The position numbers and the translations under genes are program-made. This document shows positions 59,861 to 64,000 of a stretch of DNA of 64,000 bases, piece by piece. Source of the DNA: Macrostomum lignano (taxonomy: Eukaryota); NCBI GenBank assembly GCA_002269645.1, contig NIVC01001293.1:62001-126000 (forward strand). The letters run 5' to 3'. Below the pieces are notes generated by a model, which worked only from the letters and a program-made list of their open reading frames with translations, was not told where the DNA came from and ran no database searches. How positions within the stretch are numbered: the first letter of the stretch is position 1; each line of letters begins with the position of its first letter.

Positions 59861-60157
59861 CATACATGCGCAACCTCCAAATTTCGGTCGGCCATGCGAC
59901 TTAGTTTTAACAAAAATGCGACGTAGTTTTTGGCCAAAAATGCGACTTACATGTAAAAAAACCCGAAAGCAAAATTAACGCAACTTTGGGTAAACGGCAG
60001 GAGTAACTATGACTGTCTTATAAAGCCAAAATGCCTCGTCAGCTACTTAGTACTACTACTCTGTGTTTTTTCGGGTTGGCATTTTTGCGACTTCCTTGGT
60101 TGGCCGCCAAATCGGTCGGCCGGATCGGCCGACTCGGCCGACTGTTGCGCATGTATG
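59861..60157. mobile_element. 297-bp hAT-type MITE carrying a 28S rRNA fragment
   Basis: 14-bp TIR CATACATGCGCAAC/GTTGCGCATGTATG, perfect 8-bp TSD AAAATGTT (59853-59860 and 60158-60165), and subterminal TGCGAC and CGGTCGGCC repeats. Confidence 0.88.
59988..60051 (+). other. 64-bp diverged fragment of 28S (LSU) rRNA spanning the R2/I-PpoI target region; not an rRNA gene
   Basis: GGGTAAACGGCAGGAGTAACTATGACTGTCTTATAAAGCCAAAATGCCTCGTCAGCTACTTAGT aligns to the conserved GGGTAAACGGCGGGAGTAACTATGACTCTCTTAAGGTAGCCAAATGCCTCGTCATCTAATTAGT. Confidence 0.88.
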
Positions 60158-60969
60158 AAAATGTTTATGTTCAAAATGTCATAAGCCCTACATAGGCCCT
60201 ATTTAAACAAGCAAAAAGTTGTCAAAATGCCTTAAACAAAAATAATGTATAATATATAAATATAGCCTGATGTAAATTAATTGTAATAGCATAGGCCTAG
60301 GCCTAGCCTATAGGCTAGGCAGCCCTAAGATTCTAAGTTAAGCCTAATAGTTGTACTTAATACTGTCTTTGTGCTTTGTTTCTACAACAAATTTTAACCT
60401 TTATTCGATAAAATTGAATGCCAACCAATGTAATTGCCAATTCTAGGAACATAGAGATGTAAAAAGTGGAATTGGAAAGATACTACATTTGACTCGAAAG
60501 TCTTCAATGTCCTCACAGTCTCTTGTTTTACTATTTGGTTGGTGACAAACTGTATAGCCTTTCAGATCAATATTTAGTTCTTTCGTCATATTATTCTAAA
60601 AAACTACCATCCTGTTGCTGTTGGCCGTGAGGCCGTCAGTCATAAAAAATTACGCAAAATATTGAGTTTGATTCCCGAATGGTTCTTGAGGTGGGGGTGG
60701 AGAAGAAAATAAAAAGAAAAATTTGAAATTGGGATAATAAAATTTGGGTTTGTCGTCGGCACGTAAAGCCGGAAAATTGTGCAATTGATGCGTTGATTCT
60801 TCTCCTTGGTTACTCCGTCTGCCGGGTCCTCAATTCCGGGGGGAGGGTAGTCGTAATCGTAGTCGAGCGGTCTAGTAGCGGCCCGAGTCGTTCAGAATGG
60901 GTCCTCAGACACCGTAAACTCGTAATTCGTCGAGGATTGCTAGTTGTGTTACTCTCAGTAGTAAAGTAG

Positions 60970-61320
60970 CGCTGCCACCACCGTAAATGTCGTTTTACGG
61001 AACGTTTAGGGTCTCAGAGCTTTCTTTGAGATGAGACTGATTGGTTATTTTACGCCCCGCGGGCAAATGACTCAATAGAAACTAAAGGCTTCGATTCTGA
61101 ACAACTGAATGAATATTAAATGTGGCGAACTTTTATTATTATAACGTTAATTGTTGTTACCGATTGTTATTACTGCTACGCGAGATGAAACGATCAGAAA
61201 CAGAAAAGGAGAACTAGAATTAAAACTAAAACTAACTAAACTAACACACACAAAACTAAAACTAACGAACAAAAGAACTAAAGGAAAAAAGGTCTCCAGA
61301 GAAAACTCATATAAATAACA
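60970..61320 (-). mobile_element. Candidate LTR (61320-60988, TGT...ACA) with AATAAA, followed by a tRNA-Leu-type PBS (60980-60970)
   Basis: Minus strand reads TGTTAT...AATAAAAG...ACGACA-tttacgg-TGGTGGCAGCG. There is no second LTR, PPT or gag/pol in the window. Confidence 0.35.
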
Positions 61321-61665
61321 TTTTGGCGGGAAGGATCCCAGGGGTGGGACGGAGGATGGGACAAGGGAAGGGACAATGAAGGGAAAAAGGAAAACCCGGC
61401 CGCTGGAAACATTAAAACAACAGGGGCCAAGGGAGGGAACAGAAAAGGGAACAGACGAGGGAGCAAGGGCGGGAACAACCGGGGGAACAAACCAGGGAAC
61501 AAAAATTGAAAAAAATGACGTCAATCCGTCCGTGGAACTGGGTGGAATGTCCCGCCGGTGTTCGCGCTAGAGGCCTGCCGTCGTTCTCCCCAGTGGTAGA
61601 CCGGCCTACCACAGGCGCGGGGGCGCCGGGGCGAACGGCAGCAGACAGACGAACTCCCGGACGTC

Positions 61666-62412
61666 TCAGTGGCGGCGATCCTGCTTCGCCGGCCGGCCTC
61701 GGCGAGCAGGGGCGTTCGGAAGGGACGGCGGCGAGCTCGCGACTCGTGCTTGATGGCTCAGCTGGAGCAGCGCGGTGGTCAGACCTTGCCCCAGGGTGGC
61801 CGCGTGGTCGACATATAGGCCGACCAATGCGCAGAAGGCGCCGTACGGCAGGCCGCCCGGCGCTTGCCGGTGTCGTTCGCAGAGCACCGCGGCCGCTAAG
61901 CTGATGGCACGGGCGACTGTCGGTTGGCCGAACGTGTTGGCGTAGCCGTGCCAGTGTCGACAGTCGCTCATATGGCGGGCGGCTCGGTCGCCTTCTAATT
62001 CGCGGAGCAATAGGGCGGCCAGGTGCTGCACCTGGTCGGGCCTCGGTCCTGGCGCGGCTGCTCCCACTGGCGACGGCTGGCTGGAGCCACTGGTCCAGTT
62101 TGAAGGCGGGAGAGGCGGAGTCACCTGCCGGTCTGGCTCCAGGATGCGGACAGGTTCCGGCTCCGGCGCGAGCTGTTGTGCGCCCACTAGGGTCAGGAGG
62201 CCGTCCACCCAGACATCAGGGCTGTTGGTGGGCACGGCAGGCTCGGGGAGCTCGAAGGTCTCCAAAGCTGCCTGATCAATTTGTGCGGCCCCGCCGTGGG
62301 TCGGTACTTGGCCGCGCTCGTCCAGCTGCTCGAAGGCCAGGCGGATTTCGCGGCTGATCGGTGATTCGACCTCCGGGGAACCGTTGGAGTAATTTGACCA
62401 ATTGTTAGCCAT
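61666..62412 (-). CDS. Intronless GC-rich orphan ORF, 248 aa, unknown function; possibly mobile-element or virus derived
   Basis: ATG start, 747-nt open frame and GC-rich island in an AT-rich context. Pro-rich linker, helical-looking C-terminal half and a terminal RRGRP AT-hook-like motif. No family recognised. Confidence 0.5.
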   Translation of the reverse strand: MANNWSNYSNGSPEVESPISREIRLAFEQLDERGQVPTHGGAAQIDQAALETFELPEPAVPTNSPDVWVDGLLTLVGAQQLAPEPEPVRILEPDRQVTPPLPPSNWTSGSSQPSPVGAAAPGPRPDQVQHLAALLLRELEGDRAARHMSDCRHWHGYANTFGQPTVARAISLAAAVLCERHRQAPGGLPYGAFCALVGLYVDHAATLGQGLTTALLQLSHQARVASSPPSLPNAPARRGRPAKQDRRH

Positions 62413-63319
62413 ATTCGAAGCGGCGGAGCGTGATGCGACAGTCCGAAATATTCAGTTGGCAGGTCGGATCAACAGAATTGGAGAAAATAAAATTGAAGAT
62501 GGCTCCTTAAATAGGGCGCAAAATATTCCAACTGGTGGAATTCCAAACCAACCAGAGGAAATAAAATTCAACCACTGGAATTGAGCCATCACCCCCGTGC
62601 ACTCTAAGGTGGCACACAGAGTTGGGGTGGGCGCATGAATCAAGGAGTCATAAAATAGATAACCGCGCGGCAGGGGTCCAAAATCAGAATGAATGAATGG
62701 GGGCGCCTCACACAGCTCACAAAACAGGTTGGCGGTTAGAGAGAGGGGGGGGCTGAACAATCGCATAAACAGTAGTTTAGAAAAATAGTAAGAACATAAA
62801 TAGTTCCTAAAAATTAGAATAGTAGATAGATACAGGCATAGTGACCGAGTTAGAATTTGGATCTCCATGAGGAGTTACACAAAACGGCAAAAGGCACTGG
62901 GAAGGGGCTGGACAGGCGCCCTTACAAATTTTCCCAGGCTCGGCTCGGTCAGAACAAAGAAAATGGGGGCCGTTCACCTCAGATGCCCTCCGCTGAGGAC
63001 AAGGCCTAGAGCCAGGGTGGCTAGACCTGAGCGGGGCAAACGACTGGGACACCAGAGCAACATTGGCTTGCAAAAAATTAAAAGATACCTTCAGCCACAA
63101 GCAAGGACTGCAAGGTTACAACTGAAATAAAACTTCGCAAAGTTAATGACACGCAATTGAGCAAATTGATGAATCGCATGCGGATAATTAATTGTCGCGT
63201 AGGTGCTGGCTTTTTCCATCAAGCCTAAGGCTAAATATCAGAACGCAGGAGTGCGGGTCGCGTTGAATAAATATGGGCACCAATTGAGCATGAGCACAAT
63301 GTACAAAGGCTTTTGACCA

Positions 63320-63700
63320 GAAAGCGTAAGGAAAGTACATTGAGAAACACTGCTTTTGCCATCAAGCATAAGGAAAAGTACAGAAAATTATTTGCTTTTA
63401 TCCCTCAAGCATAAGGAAATTGGAAAATTAGTTGCTTTTGCCCTCAAGCATAAGGAAAGTACAGAAAATTAATTGCTTTTGCCCTCAAGCATAAGGAAAG
63501 TACAGAAAATTAATTGCTTTTGCCCTCAAGCATAAGGAAAGTACAGAAAATGAGTTGCTTTTACCCTCAAGCATAAGGAAAGTACAGAAAATGAGTTGCT
63601 TTTACCCTCAAGCATAAGGAAAGTACATTGAGAAACACTGCTTTTGCCATCAAGCATAAGGAAACGGACAGAAAAATTAGTTGCTTTTATCCCGAAAGCA
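63320..63700 (+). repeat. ~42-bp minisatellite (CCTCAAGCATAAGGAAAGTACAGAAAATTAATTGCTTTTG-like)
   Basis: About 8 units sharing CAAGCATAAGGAAA. Confidence 0.9.
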
Positions 63701-63874
63701 TAAGGAGAACAAAATTTGAAGGAAAATTGAAAGTTGCTTTCAGCACAGAAAAGTTGCAGAGAAAGCTTACAGCGAAATTTAATTCAGAACGCGTTCACAA
63801 ACTTAACTACTTGTAGTAATGCGCAACGGTAATTTAGCTATTAGGCGCAATAATAATTCGCTGGTAATTACCTT

Positions 63875-64000
63875 TTAGAGCTCCATCTCCATGCCGATGT
63901 CAGGCAAGTCCGGGTCGCCTTCGGCGAGCACCTCCGGGTGGCGCAAGCTGGGCTCGAACAGCTGACTGCCTCGCAGGTCAGGCTGAACTGTGGCCGGCTG
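63875..64000 (-). CDS. 3' end of a GC-rich ORF entering from beyond the window (...QPDLRGSQLFEPSLRHPEVLAEGDPDLPDIGMEMEL*)
   Basis: 41 open codons plus TAA at 63877-63875, with an abrupt GC rise. Too short to assign. Confidence 0.4.
   Translation of the reverse strand, partial: QPATVQPDLRGSQLFEPSLRHPEVLAEGDPDLPDIGMEMEL

Noticed and set aside
59988-60051. A functional 28S rRNA gene
   Set aside because: Only 64 bp, diverged, and embedded in a MITE with no other rDNA around it.
61315-61345. Plus-strand LTR end and PBS (AACA-TTT-TGGCGGGAAGG)
   Set aside because: The sequence after TGG does not match any tRNA 3' end I recognise. The minus-strand tRNA-Leu match is better.
1-64000. CRISPR-like arrays
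   Set aside because: The repeats are head-to-tail with no unique spacers, there are no cas genes, and the context is eukaryotic.

Overview
Eukaryotic (metazoan) genomic DNA with spliceosomal introns; no bacterial features. The composition (GC-rich exons, introns packed with 18-30 bp minisatellites, AT-rich CpG-poor intergenic DNA) resembles published descriptions of the flatworm Macrostomum lignano genome, but this is an inference I cannot verify. Layout: (1) 1-24,330 is a pyrimidine-rich 20-bp satellite with higher-order structure, apparently the 3' part of a giant intron of (2) a CNBD2-like two-cNMP-domain gene whose last two exons follow. Then come (3) a three-exon PTB-like-domain gene, (4) TXNDC17 on the minus strand, (5) an AT-rich interval with MITEs, (6) a four-exon calnexin gene, (7) a young Ty3/gypsy (Mag-like) retrotransposon with a truncated 3' LTR, flanked by an identical 176-bp duplication, (8) a C3orf18/SMIM29-like membrane-protein gene, (9) decayed LTR, mariner and hAT remnants, including a 297-bp hAT MITE carrying a 28S rRNA fragment altered exactly at the R2/I-PpoI target site, and (10) an unexplained GC-rich cassette of orphan minus-strand ORFs running off the window end. 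All nine coding introns I could place contain a minisatellite. The hundreds of Ser/Leu/Pro/Val ORFs in the track are repeat artefacts.
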